Source: a virus
Reading direction: 5' to 3' (one strand)
Length of the DNA: 64,000 nt
IMG/VR virus record: IMGVR_UViG_3300026484_000110
Shown one piece after another: positions 1 through 9,567 of this stretch. The notes under the pieces were generated by a model. The model was not told where the DNA came from, did no database searches, and saw only the letters and a list, made by a program, of their open reading frames with translations. The position numbers and the translations under genes are program-made. Positions within the stretch are counted from its first letter, which is position 1, and each line of letters starts with the position of its first letter.

Positions 1-602
1 TAGGTTATAAAACACTTAATGGAATTATCTATGATCCAAATTTAGAATACTTTATTAAAAGAGTCATTGGTGTATCCAATTTAAAAAGAGATGTTTATCT
101 TTATGATTTAGATAAACAGATATCTATATTAGACTATATGATAGATGATTCTATTATGATAGAAGAGATTAAACGATACAGGAACTTAAAGTTCGTTACA
201 GAATACGGTAATAATGTTTATTTAAAACCTATTAGATATAGTCCTGTAAATTGGGTAGTGAAACTAGAAAATGTCTATAACACTCCGGAAATTGATGAAA
301 ATTTCGAAAATAATGAAAATGAATATTATCCGCCATTGAATAAAAAAAGTTATATATTTTCAGAAGACTTTTATGATGTTTTATTTGGTATTAAAGTAAT
401 AGAAGATACTAACTTAACGTTATTTGAAAATGTGATATTAAAATTAATAGATAAGGAACCTATTGATAAAAATGATATTTTAACTTTAATACGTAGTAAA
501 GAGGATTTGAGTGTTGTACAACAATTATATTTTATACCTATTTTATATTTTATTATAAAATACTATTTAAACAGTTTTACTACTGTTAGTATAGGAGAAT
601 GA
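1..602 (+). CDS. C-terminal part of a probable virion structural protein (5'-truncated by window edge)
   Basis: Frame of ORF 138..602 is open from position 3 (GYKTLNGIIYDP...), so the ORF-track Met is internal; lies in a structural-looking block. Confidence 0.45.
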   Translation, partial: GYKTLNGIIYDPNLEYFIKRVIGVSNLKRDVYLYDLDKQISILDYMIDDSIMIEEIKRYRNLKFVTEYGNNVYLKPIRYSPVNWVVKLENVYNTPEIDENFENNENEYYPPLNKKSYIFSEDFYDVLFGIKVIEDTNLTLFENVILKLIDKEPIDKNDILTLIRSKEDLSVVQQLYFIPILYFIIKYYLNSFTTVSIGE

Positions 603-603
603 A

Positions 604-1107
604 ATGAATGGTTATGTTAGTCCAGTTACTATAAAAATGCAAGCATACGAGAAATTAAACAAAAGATTGATTTTAGTAAGAGTACCCCAAGTAGCACTAT
701 ATTCAGAAGAAGAATTAAAAGTTATGGGTATACCAATTAATATTGTAGATGGTAAAGAGGATAAGAAATCAATTACACAATATACTACAGTAATGTTACC
801 TTTAAGTAAAATATTAGATATTTACAGTAATGGATTTACAATTAGAATAGTGAATTCGGATGAAATACCTGCTATTGCTGAATTCTTAACAGAAGTTTTA
901 GATTTATTAGAATATAGCTTAAATGTAACCGATACTGAATTGAAAGATAAAATTAAAATGTTTTTAGATGGAGTAATAGATTTGAATAAAGATTACATTG
1001 TTAATAAAATTAATGAGCAAATTAATGATGATGGACTAGAAGATGACTTATTTATGTCTTCTGAAAGAATTAGACCAAAAATTGACATTAGTAAATTAGA
1101 AGTTTAA
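604..1107 (+). CDS. Conserved phiKZ-like hypothetical protein (gp161-like)
   Basis: AGGAG SD; 167 aa; precedes an inner-head paralog as recalled for phiKZ gp161-164; identity from synteny. Confidence 0.4.
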   Translation: MNGYVSPVTIKMQAYEKLNKRLILVRVPQVALYSEEELKVMGIPINIVDGKEDKKSITQYTTVMLPLSKILDIYSNGFTIRIVNSDEIPAIAEFLTEVLDLLEYSLNVTDTELKDKIKMFLDGVIDLNKDYIVNKINEQINDDGLEDDLFMSSERIRPKIDISKLEV

Positions 1108-1118
1108 AAGGAGAAATA

Positions 1119-2384
1119 ATGAATTTTTTAACAAAACATTTAGAAGATGAAGTTAAATCAGTATTAGGGTATGAAGAAAGTGACAAACCAGTCAATCCGT
1201 GCGACTTAATAGATTCTATAGAAGTTATGAAACAAAATGAATCGGACACTAGATTGTTAACAGTAGCTTATGAAGATATAGATAAGATAACTGAATCTAA
1301 TTTGATTATGTTGGGGATATCACCAGATAGAATTACAACAGGATATGAAGTAGATGCTAAGAAAATGTTATCAGGTATTTTAAATACAATAACTAGACTG
1401 ATAAATTCCATAGTAGATTTTTTTAATAAGGTATTTGCGTTCTTTTTAACCAGATTAAAGAATAAGAATACTACGCTATATAAAATTAAAAAAATACTAG
1501 ATGAAGCAGATAAAAAAGGGAATATTGTTCCAGAAGGTAATTTTTCAGAACCAGTCAGGATTTTAATTGCTAAAGAAGCAGTCGCATTAGACTGGTTCGA
1601 AGTAGAACCGAGTGCTAAGGGTATGATAAAATTTTATGATAAAATTGAAAGACAATTAGAAAATAGTTATACAGAATTAGAAGATAAATATAAACAGTTA
1701 GTATCCGGAACATTAAATAAGAGTTTAATAATGTTTATATTAAGATGGACTTTAGAAGGTAGTAAAAATGCAATATACGATAGAACTTATAGTAAATTTT
1801 TAAAGAATTTTAAAACTAATGATAAAATAATTAATGTAAGATTAAAAAAGATAGATAGAGTATCTATTAAGTTACAAATAGTTACAATCCCTAAAGATAA
1901 ACTTGATGAAGCAATAAATGCAGCTAAAAACGGAGATATTAAAAAGACAAAACAATTGTTACAAAGTATTAAAAAGCATGACTATAGTGTGGAGATTACG
2001 AAAGAACTTTATGAAGGTCTTTTGAAAAAAATAACAGAACCTTTAGATTTTGTAGAGGTCGGTGAAGTAGTAAATACAGGTATTAAAAAATATTCAGATG
2101 TAGAAAAAATTGTCAATAAGTCTAATAAATTAATTAAAGATGTTAAAGTAAAGGTAGAGAAATTTGTTAAATCAGCTGAAAAAGATGCTGATGAAGACAT
2201 GGTCGCAGTAGCTAGTATTCTGTCAAACTACATAATAGGTGATGTAAGAGATGATTTAAATAATGTAGTTAAGTTATCTGAATATATTATAAAACCACCA
2301 TTTACAAATTGGCTAATAGAATCCATTAAAACATGGGGTAATTATTATAAGAAAAAGTTAAATGAAAGATTTAAAAAATATTAG
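1119..2384 (+). CDS. Internal head (inner body/ejection) protein with cleavable acidic propeptide
   Basis: Acidic N-terminus with GYE/AYE/GYE sites followed by amphipathic helix KKMLSGILNTITRLINSIVDFFNKVFAFF typical of the phiKZ gp93/gp162 paralog family. Confidence 0.55.
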   Translation: MNFLTKHLEDEVKSVLGYEESDKPVNPCDLIDSIEVMKQNESDTRLLTVAYEDIDKITESNLIMLGISPDRITTGYEVDAKKMLSGILNTITRLINSIVDFFNKVFAFFLTRLKNKNTTLYKIKKILDEADKKGNIVPEGNFSEPVRILIAKEAVALDWFEVEPSAKGMIKFYDKIERQLENSYTELEDKYKQLVSGTLNKSLIMFILRWTLEGSKNAIYDRTYSKFLKNFKTNDKIINVRLKKIDRVSIKLQIVTIPKDKLDEAINAAKNGDIKKTKQLLQSIKKHDYSVEITKELYEGLLKKITEPLDFVEVGEVVNTGIKKYSDVEKIVNKSNKLIKDVKVKVEKFVKSAEKDADEDMVAVASILSNYIIGDVRDDLNNVVKLSEYIIKPPFTNWLIESIKTWGNYYKKKLNERFKKY

Positions 2385-2391
2385 TTAAATT

Positions 2392-2419
2392 TTCTAGTCA
2401 GATATTTTTCTGACTAGAA
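2392..2419 (+). terminator. Hairpin after inner-head gene
   Basis: TTCTAGTCAGA / TCTGACTAGAA. Confidence 0.6.
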
Positions 2420-2448
2420 CATAATTGTTTCTTTTAAAGGATTATAAA

Positions 2449-3756
2449 ATGTCATATACAGTAAAATTATTAGAAAACGAAGTATCAGAAGTTTTAAGCA
2501 ACAGTAAAAAGTTTGAATTTCCAGATATAAAATTGTATTTGCATGGTGAAGACTTTGATATGCCTATTACATATCCTATTTTTTTAGATATAAATAAAAA
2601 CTATAATTCTAACTTATTTTCAGAAATTACAGTAGAATTTGGTATAGGTATGGGTGATTATGTAAATTATATTTTTAAAAATAGAGATAATTTGGAAATG
2701 ACTATCCAGATAGATTATCCAGAATTTTCAGATATAAAGAGGTATTCATTCATACCGTTGAATGTAGATAAAAAATCAGATACTACTAGATACAGCCACA
2801 TGGACGGTGAAGATTTAAATAAAATGGATATGGTAACTGTTAAAGGTCAATGCGTAGATCCTATTGTTTTAATTTATAAACAATTGTTTGTTTCGGGTAT
2901 TTATAAAAATGTAAATGTAGAAAAAGTTATAAAAGGTTTGTTTAGTAAAAACTTTAAGGATATTAAAATAGCAGGTAGGTCTATTGATTTTGCTATAGAT
3001 ATGAGAAAACCAGATAATGACAGAACTTATGACCACATTATAATAAAGAGTAATACTAAATTAGCAAAATTATTACATTATTTACAAGATTACGACTATG
3101 GCGTATATAATGGTGGTATAAACCATTTCATAGAACAAATTAAAGAAAATACATATAGGATATATATTTACCCATTGTTTAATTATGAATTATTCGATAC
3201 ATTATTAGAAGATAAAATTATTTTCTATAACAGTAGAATTGTATCTGCCGATTTAAACGATGTCTCGTTTTGGAAAGAGCCTAACACTAGATTATATAAA
3301 TTAGTAACGTCTTCGATAGAAATAGAAAACAGAGGCAGTATGAATTTGATAGAACACGGAAATGCTTTAAAAGTCACATATCCAATAGCCGCAATTAGTA
3401 AAGATATGACATTAGTAAACGATAAACAAATAATGTTTGACGTTTATGGTTGTAATGAAATTAAACTTTTAGGAGTTAAATCTAACAATATTATAAATCC
3501 TATATATACAAACTTTGATGATAATTTATTCAAGTACAGATCTAACATAATTAGGAACAATTTATTAAATGCTAAATTAAAATTAAACATGGTGGATACT
3601 AGGTTTATTAGACCAGGTATGTTAGTAAAATATATACATCAAAGAGGTGATGAAGTAGTAGAAAGGAGAGGTGTGTTGCAATCGTTATATGAAAGTTATA
3701 ATTTTATTAAAAAAGAGAATGCTATTTTATTAAACTTTATGATAGAAAGGAAGTAA
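2449..3756 (+). CDS. Virion structural protein (phiKZ gp164-like)
   Basis: SD AAAGGA before ATG 2449; about 435 aa; synteny after inner-head gene. Confidence 0.4.
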   Translation: MSYTVKLLENEVSEVLSNSKKFEFPDIKLYLHGEDFDMPITYPIFLDINKNYNSNLFSEITVEFGIGMGDYVNYIFKNRDNLEMTIQIDYPEFSDIKRYSFIPLNVDKKSDTTRYSHMDGEDLNKMDMVTVKGQCVDPIVLIYKQLFVSGIYKNVNVEKVIKGLFSKNFKDIKIAGRSIDFAIDMRKPDNDRTYDHIIIKSNTKLAKLLHYLQDYDYGVYNGGINHFIEQIKENTYRIYIYPLFNYELFDTLLEDKIIFYNSRIVSADLNDVSFWKEPNTRLYKLVTSSIEIENRGSMNLIEHGNALKVTYPIAAISKDMTLVNDKQIMFDVYGCNEIKLLGVKSNNIINPIYTNFDDNLFKYRSNIIRNNLLNAKLKLNMVDTRFIRPGMLVKYIHQRGDEVVERRGVLQSLYESYNFIKKENAILLNFMIERK

Positions 3757-3759
3757 AAA

Positions 3760-4101
3760 ATGTTAATAAAAGATATTAAACATATCAGGGATAATATCTA
3801 TAATCTAGATATTTCTTCGGAAGATCTTAAAGAAATGTTAGATATAATACATACCACAATAGGTGATATAGGTATAGGAATTAACAAATTAAATACGGCG
3901 AATTTTAACGAAGGATTAATTCTGAGGTTACTAGTAACTGATGTAATAAAAAATTATAAAGATAAGTTATCAGAAAGACCTGTTATTTTTAATTTTATGT
4001 TTGGTGGTAGTAGGTACAGTTTTTACGTAGGTAAAGTGGATCAGGTAAACGATATGCTAGATGGTTATACATACGAATATATAAGTCCATTAGATTACTG
4101 A
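3760..4101 (+). CDS. Hypothetical protein
   Basis: 113 aa ORF coupled to upstream gene, ends in bidirectional hairpin. Confidence 0.6.
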   Translation: MLIKDIKHIRDNIYNLDISSEDLKEMLDIIHTTIGDIGIGINKLNTANFNEGLILRLLVTDVIKNYKDKLSERPVIFNFMFGGSRYSFYVGKVDQVNDMLDGYTYEYISPLDY

Positions 4102-4126
4102 GAGTGTTTACTCTCAGTAATCTAAT
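4089..4126. terminator. Bidirectional terminator
   Basis: 16-17 bp perfect stem between convergent genes. Confidence 0.75.
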
Positions 4127-4127
4127 A

Positions 4128-4736
4128 TTATTCATAATCTAAAAAATCACTTATGCTGTCTTCAGGTTCAGTTTGTTTTAATGTCTCTTTATTTTTGCTT
4201 TTCTCATTACTTTCAAAGTTTATATTATAACGTTTAAACATTTTAACTACTCCATCCAAATATTTTTTTAATTGTTCTTCGTCTGGTTTTGTAGCTTTTG
4301 CAATTCCTTCAGTAGCTTTACCTAAAAACTTTTCAGCTTCGAATGGATTATTGTCTGAAATTTGTTTAAACATATTTACCATTTTATAATAATCTACGTT
4401 TTTAGCCACGATGGAGTCAGGATCGATATCTAACATAATAGGCGGTAATACAAATAATTCTTCTTTAGTTTTATCATCGATTACTTTTATCCCTCTATAA
4501 TAGCTACCAGTAGCGTTATACATATTTTCTATGTAAGTTTTTATGTTTTCTTCATTTGGTTCAATATCGCCTTTTAATAATGGTAAAAAGTATTTAATAA
4601 AATCACTTTCTACCAGTGGTTCATCTTCATATTTTAGAACTTCGCTTACGATGTTGCTAGCTTCTTCTAAGTATTCTATAATGCTTCTTTCTTGCATTTC
4701 CTTTAGCTTTAATAAGGCATTTTGATTTTCTTCCAT
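4128..4736 (-). CDS. Conserved Chimalliviridae hypothetical protein
   Basis: SD AAGGAG; FLPLLKG...GSYYRGIKVID...LFVLPP motif recalled from core genes upstream of SbcD. Confidence 0.5.
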   Translation of the reverse strand: MEENQNALLKLKEMQERSIIEYLEEASNIVSEVLKYEDEPLVESDFIKYFLPLLKGDIEPNEENIKTYIENMYNATGSYYRGIKVIDDKTKEELFVLPPIMLDIDPDSIVAKNVDYYKMVNMFKQISDNNPFEAEKFLGKATEGIAKATKPDEEQLKKYLDGVVKMFKRYNINFESNEKSKNKETLKQTEPEDSISDFLDYE

Positions 4737-4746
4737 AATTTACTCC

Positions 4747-5157
4747 TTATAGTAATAATAATTTACTCAATAATTCATCTAGGTTAGAAATAATATTGTT
4801 TGCAATGTGTGCTGTTTGTGTTAATTTATAGACATTACCATTGTAAGTAGCTTCTATTTCAATGGTAATACTGTATTTCTTTTTCTTATTCTCATCTTCT
4901 TCTTTAATCTCTGTAGTCACATCTACTGTATCATAATACCGCTTGTAAAGTTCTGTTAAACTAGCATTTATATTACTTTTTAATTCTGTAAAATCATTAC
5001 TCGATTGCATTAATATGTATTTAAGACTATGAATTTTACCATAATAAATTACAGTCTGCGAATAGTCTGATGTAAGAAAATATCCAAACAGTTTATATAT
5101 CATTACACCTCTGTCTTCTGTAAAACCAGATAATGTTAGGGTGGGTAAGGTTGCCAT
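4747..5157 (-). CDS. Conserved Chimalliviridae hypothetical (possibly virion) protein
   Basis: True start ATG 5157 (SD AAAGGA); MATLPTLTLSGF...TSDYSQT.IY.GKIHSL motif; the ORF-track extension to 5289 overlaps sbcD. Confidence 0.5.
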   Translation of the reverse strand: MATLPTLTLSGFTEDRGVMIYKLFGYFLTSDYSQTVIYYGKIHSLKYILMQSSNDFTELKSNINASLTELYKRYYDTVDVTTEIKEEDENKKKKYSITIEIEATYNGNVYKLTQTAHIANNIISNLDELLSKLLLL

Positions 5158-5200
5158 GATAATTCCTTTAAAATAAATTTTCATCAAATCAGGAGGACTA

Positions 5201-6328
5201 ATGAAAACTAGTATCAAATATCCAGTAATTTCATATTTATTGTTATCAGATTTACATTTGGGACATGATAAAAATAAAACAGAATACATAGTAAGAAATT
5301 TAGATTTGTTTTTTAAAAGAAATTTAGATACAATATTAAAAACAAGAATTATTTTTATAGCAGGAGATGTGTTTGATAGGCTATTATCAAACAGTAATAA
5401 AGATAGTATACTAGCATATAGCTGGTTATCCAGACTATTAGTATTTTGTAAAAATAATGATATTAAGTTAAGAATTTTAGAAGGTACACCTAGTCATGAT
5501 AGAAAACAGGTAAAACAATTGACAGAAATTATAAAATCGTTAGGCATAGAAGATGAAGTAGATTATAGGTACTTTGATAAATTAGATATTGAGTTCATGA
5601 AAGATTTAGGTTTATCAGTTTTGTATATACCTGACGAATGGAAGGAAAATGCTGAGGATACGTTAAAAGATGTGAAGAAGATTTTAATTACACATGGTTT
5701 AGATAAAGTAGATATAATAATTATGCACGGTGCATTCAAGTATCAAATACCTAATATAGAATCACCAGCATTTCATAACCAAGAAGAGTATGTTAAATTG
5801 GTAAATTATACTGTTAACTGCGGTCACGTGCATAATCCTTCTGTATATGAGAAAATTCTAGTACCTGGTAGTTTTGATAGATTAAACCATTCTGACGAAA
5901 AAGATACAAAAGGTGGATTGATAGTAAATCTTTTTGAAAATGGTACTTTTGATTTTAAGGTATTAGAGAATAAAACAGCCATGATTTTTAAAACATTCGA
6001 TTTGAGTAAAACAGATTGGAATAAAATAGAAAAAGAACTTAAAAAATTAAACAATAACGAATTAGCATTTGTAAGGTTTTTGACTACAGATGAAATAAAA
6101 ATAAAAGATAATCTTTTTGAATTAAAACAACTCTATCCAAACTTAAGATTCACTGTTACAAAAAAGGATAAAGTAAAAAATGAAATTAACAATATGGAAT
6201 TAACAACAGATATAAATATAGATATTGTAAAGCTAGATGAAGAGGCTATTAAGAATTATATTATGGAAAATATACCTAACGATATAGATGAGAAATTATT
6301 GTTAGAGGAATTAAATAATATACTCTAA
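5201..6328 (+). CDS. sbcD: SbcD/Mre11-family metallophosphoesterase nuclease
   Basis: SDLHLG, GDVFD, GTPSHD, MHG, GHVH motifs; SD AGGAGG. Confidence 0.85.
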   Translation: MKTSIKYPVISYLLLSDLHLGHDKNKTEYIVRNLDLFFKRNLDTILKTRIIFIAGDVFDRLLSNSNKDSILAYSWLSRLLVFCKNNDIKLRILEGTPSHDRKQVKQLTEIIKSLGIEDEVDYRYFDKLDIEFMKDLGLSVLYIPDEWKENAEDTLKDVKKILITHGLDKVDIIIMHGAFKYQIPNIESPAFHNQEEYVKLVNYTVNCGHVHNPSVYEKILVPGSFDRLNHSDEKDTKGGLIVNLFENGTFDFKVLENKTAMIFKTFDLSKTDWNKIEKELKKLNNNELAFVRFLTTDEIKIKDNLFELKQLYPNLRFTVTKKDKVKNEINNMELTTDINIDIVKLDEEAIKNYIMENIPNDIDEKLLLEELNNIL

Positions 6329-6339
6329 TATATTATTTA
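6327..6339 (+). promoter_or_regulatory. Putative early (vRNAP) promoter
   Basis: AATATATTATTTA, 41 nt before ATG 6368; resembles phiKZ early TATATTAC. Confidence 0.55.
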
Positions 6340-6367
6340 AAGGATGATATACGAAAAGGAGTCTAAG

Positions 6368-7222
6368 ATGAAACCAAATCTACCTAGTGATAGAAAGAGC
6401 TATACTGGTATTAATTCAGCAACTGGTGTAATAATAGAAAAACTAATAGAAAAAGAATTATTAAATTCTTATCAAAGATACTTGATAAATGTTCATACAT
6501 TAGTTAGAAACCTAATAGCTATGATGGATGGTAAGACCGGTGATAAAATAAGATATTTGAAATTAGATAATAACTTAATTGATTTTACCAAATATTTGGT
6601 AGAAGAAATGAAATTGATAATAGAAAACTTTAATAACAGCGATACAGAAATAGTGTTTTACATACCTAATTATAAACAGGTATCCAGTAAGTTAGGTAAT
6701 AGGTTTAAAACCATTAATGATTTTAAGTCGTTGAAATACTATACATTAATTACACAAGAGGTAGTATCTAAAGCCATTTTGGAATATCAAGATTTACCTG
6801 TAATTAAAACGGGTTTTAAATTACCTAAGTTTGATGATGATTACAGTAAAACATTAATTACGACACATAATGGTATAGACTTATTAAATTATGTGTATAA
6901 TACAAGAGTAGATTTAATAGAGTCTTTTACAGGTGAATTTAAGAAATATAACAAATGGTATACTAAGTATAAAAAGTTAGGAAAAAAAGATATGAGTATT
7001 TTACCATTTAACGAATTCATTTATTATATATTTGGAGATGATTATTTTGTTAAACCTATGAATATACCAATAAGAGAAAAGATATACGATATAGCACTTA
7101 AAAAACACTGGAATTATAGAACAAAAATAGAGAAAATTAAAAGAGACATTTTACATACCGACTTAGATTTTTATACAAAGTTAAAACGAGAAATACCGTA
7201 TGTCTACCGTTCAATACGGTAG
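6368..7222 (+). CDS. Conserved Chimalliviridae core protein (phiKZ gp66-like)
   Basis: SD AAGGAG before ATG 6368; position between SbcD and ChmC; INVHTLVRN motif. Confidence 0.5.
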   Translation: MKPNLPSDRKSYTGINSATGVIIEKLIEKELLNSYQRYLINVHTLVRNLIAMMDGKTGDKIRYLKLDNNLIDFTKYLVEEMKLIIENFNNSDTEIVFYIPNYKQVSSKLGNRFKTINDFKSLKYYTLITQEVVSKAILEYQDLPVIKTGFKLPKFDDDYSKTLITTHNGIDLLNYVYNTRVDLIESFTGEFKKYNKWYTKYKKLGKKDMSILPFNEFIYYIFGDDYFVKPMNIPIREKIYDIALKKHWNYRTKIEKIKRDILHTDLDFYTKLKREIPYVYRSIR

Positions 7223-7224
7223 AC
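7202..7224 (+). terminator. Intrinsic terminator
   Basis: GTCTACCGT / ACGGTAGAC with downstream T tract. Confidence 0.55.
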
Positions 7225-7270
7225 TACAATGTTTTTTAACCATATATCATTCATGAGGAAAGAATATTCC

Positions 7271-7292
7271 TAATGTTTTCCGGAAAACATTA
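7271..7292. repeat. 22-bp perfect palindrome in chmC leader
   Basis: TAATGTTTTCCGGAAAACATTA. Confidence 0.9.
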
Positions 7293-7313
7293 AATTAAAT
7301 TAAGGAGTTAAAA

Positions 7314-7961
7314 ATGTGGGACAAAGATAAAATCTTTGGAAAGGTAACATTATATAATCAGCACGGAGAAAAAGAGGTCAGACTAAGAATAGGCGGATGG
7401 AAAAATTTTTTAAGATTCTATGTATATATAAACAAAATCTCAGAGAGAGATAAATTTACAAAACCTGTTTTTAATTTACCTGTAAATAGAATAGGTGTTG
7501 AAGTACTTGTAAATGAATTATATATACTAAATGAACAACCCAATGATTATGTAAGATTTATAGAGGTATCTAGACCTATCTGGGATGAAAAAACTAAGAA
7601 GATGACAGATGAAAAGGCTTTAGCAGGTTATTTAGTTGTTGGTAGAAAAGAATTTGATGGTGAAGTAGTAAACTTTATAGGTGTTAAAACACCTGAAGGT
7701 AAAAGGTATTATTTTAAGTTATTACCTACACCATATTTAAGATTATTAGATAATAAAGGTAATCCTTTACCAGATAGCGAGGCTAGCAAGAGATGGACTA
7801 TGGCGTATGCCAGTACATTTGATAAAGTACTTTCAATGTTTCCAGAAGTGTTGCCTGAACCAAATGAAAACGACAATGGAAAAACAACTACAAAATCTTA
7901 TAAGAAAGAAGACAAAAAATCATCATCAACACCTAGTGAGTTAGAAGAGTTTGATTTTTAA
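7314..7961 (+). CDS. chmC: ChmC-like nucleic-acid-binding protein (phiKZ gp67-like)
   Basis: 215 aa beta-rich protein with SSB-like acidic tail ELEEFDF, directly upstream of the gp68-like gene; call is synteny-based. Confidence 0.6.
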   Translation: MWDKDKIFGKVTLYNQHGEKEVRLRIGGWKNFLRFYVYINKISERDKFTKPVFNLPVNRIGVEVLVNELYILNEQPNDYVRFIEVSRPIWDEKTKKMTDEKALAGYLVVGRKEFDGEVVNFIGVKTPEGKRYYFKLLPTPYLRLLDNKGNPLPDSEASKRWTMAYASTFDKVLSMFPEVLPEPNENDNGKTTTKSYKKEDKKSSSTPSELEEFDF

Positions 7962-7984
7962 GAATACTATAAAAGGAGTCCAAT

Positions 7985-9523
7985 ATGTTTAAATTGTCGG
8001 ATTTATTAGCCAATACAAAGGTGTTAGTAGAACATAAAAATAAATCTATAGAATTCAGCATTGAGTCTATAATTAATAGGAGATTGAAAGATGGTTTAGA
8101 TAAGGAGGGTACGTTTTATATTTTAAATCGTTATCTGGATTATAAAGGCAAAGAATTTAAAGATGAATTATTTAAAAGAGAAGAAGAGGCTAAAGAAGGA
8201 ATGCTTTCTGTATTCACGACTAGATCACTAGATCCTCTGCCTGTTGAATACGTGCATCATATTTTGGATATGTTTGATTTGCAGGATGTCTATAATTTCA
8301 TTAAACAAACAGGTATTGTAAGAGCACCTGAAATGTTAAAAGATGAATTTAACGATGAAATAATAGTCAATGATGAGGGATCTAGAGAACAAACTTATCT
8401 TAAAGAAGATTATTATCAACTGGTATCTCTCATCACTGTCTTAAAATCGACACTAGGTGTAGTAGGTGAATTTGCAGCTGTAAAAGAATCACAAATACCC
8501 CAACTATATAAAGAGTTTATATTGTTAAACTTTTATGTAGGGCATCCAATATTTAAATCGCCTCCATTTCAAAAGTTATTGGATTATATTACTAAATTAA
8601 CAGATATTAGCTTCCTTAATGAAGAAGAATCCAGTATTAGGATTATAGAAAAGATAGTATCTAAAGACGATATGCCTTATTATGTGTTAGGTAGCGCGTT
8701 ATTTCAGAGATTACTAGTTAGTAACGAGAGAGCAGATATCAATGAGAAAAACTTAGTAACTAAACTTTATAATTTTGTAAAGAATAAAATTAAACTAAAA
8801 GACATTACTAGTAGTAGTAATGTAAGAATTAAGAAACAAGCTTTTGGTGGTAGTAGTGAAGAAGATAATGAATCTACTATGGAAACATACAGGGTACCTA
8901 CTGATATAACTGAAGGCTTTGCGGTAGAATTTAAATTCGTATATGAAAATTTAGATTATTTAATCAGAGATATGGGAATTAAAAATCCAGATAACGTATA
9001 TAAAATAAGACAGGCTATAGAGCCATTAGCTAGCGAGTTAATACCAGTAGAAACAATTAAACTAATTGCTATTATTTTAAAGAGGATAATAGATCCTAGA
9101 TCAGTAGATTATATTCCTATTGATTTATTATTAAATGGTCTAGCTGTGGCTATTGAATGGTGTCTTGAAAGAGGACATAAAGAATTGGCATTAATTATGG
9201 GTAGTTATAAGGTAAAAGACGATTTACATCAATTATCCATATCACTTAGAAATAAAGTATCCAAAGATTTGGAAGAAAGGTTAAACGAACTTTATCCATA
9301 TCATAGAGGTATTAAATCTAAAAATGAAATTAAGTATGTTTCCTATATAAGAGAATTCATAGATACCGTAGCGATCGAATTAAATAAATACAACCTAATT
9401 ACGACACTACCCGTGGAAGAAATGTTTGAGGATGTCACATCGAAACATGTTAGAATAAATGAAGATATTAAAAATCAGTTAGCTAGATTGCTAATTGACG
9501 TAGAGGAGTTTGCACAAGCATAA
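7985..9523 (+). CDS. Sigma-like promoter-specificity subunit of non-virion RNAP (phiKZ gp68-like)
   Basis: 512 aa; SREQTYLKEDYYQL...VVGEF signature; synteny. Confidence 0.75.
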   Translation: MFKLSDLLANTKVLVEHKNKSIEFSIESIINRRLKDGLDKEGTFYILNRYLDYKGKEFKDELFKREEEAKEGMLSVFTTRSLDPLPVEYVHHILDMFDLQDVYNFIKQTGIVRAPEMLKDEFNDEIIVNDEGSREQTYLKEDYYQLVSLITVLKSTLGVVGEFAAVKESQIPQLYKEFILLNFYVGHPIFKSPPFQKLLDYITKLTDISFLNEEESSIRIIEKIVSKDDMPYYVLGSALFQRLLVSNERADINEKNLVTKLYNFVKNKIKLKDITSSSNVRIKKQAFGGSSEEDNESTMETYRVPTDITEGFAVEFKFVYENLDYLIRDMGIKNPDNVYKIRQAIEPLASELIPVETIKLIAIILKRIIDPRSVDYIPIDLLLNGLAVAIEWCLERGHKELALIMGSYKVKDDLHQLSISLRNKVSKDLEERLNELYPYHRGIKSKNEIKYVSYIREFIDTVAIELNKYNLITTLPVEEMFEDVTSKHVRINEDIKNQLARLLIDVEEFAQA

Positions 9524-9526
9524 GTT

Positions 9527-9539
9527 TATATATTATTAA
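9527..9539 (+). promoter_or_regulatory. Putative early promoter (picA)
   Basis: TATATATTATTAA, 41 nt before ATG. Confidence 0.65.
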
Positions 9540-9567
9540 GATACAAAATAATGAAAAGGAGTCTAAA

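Noticed and set aside
4747-5289. ORF-track 180-aa version
   Set aside because: Extension overlaps sbcD antisense; the SD supports ATG 5157.
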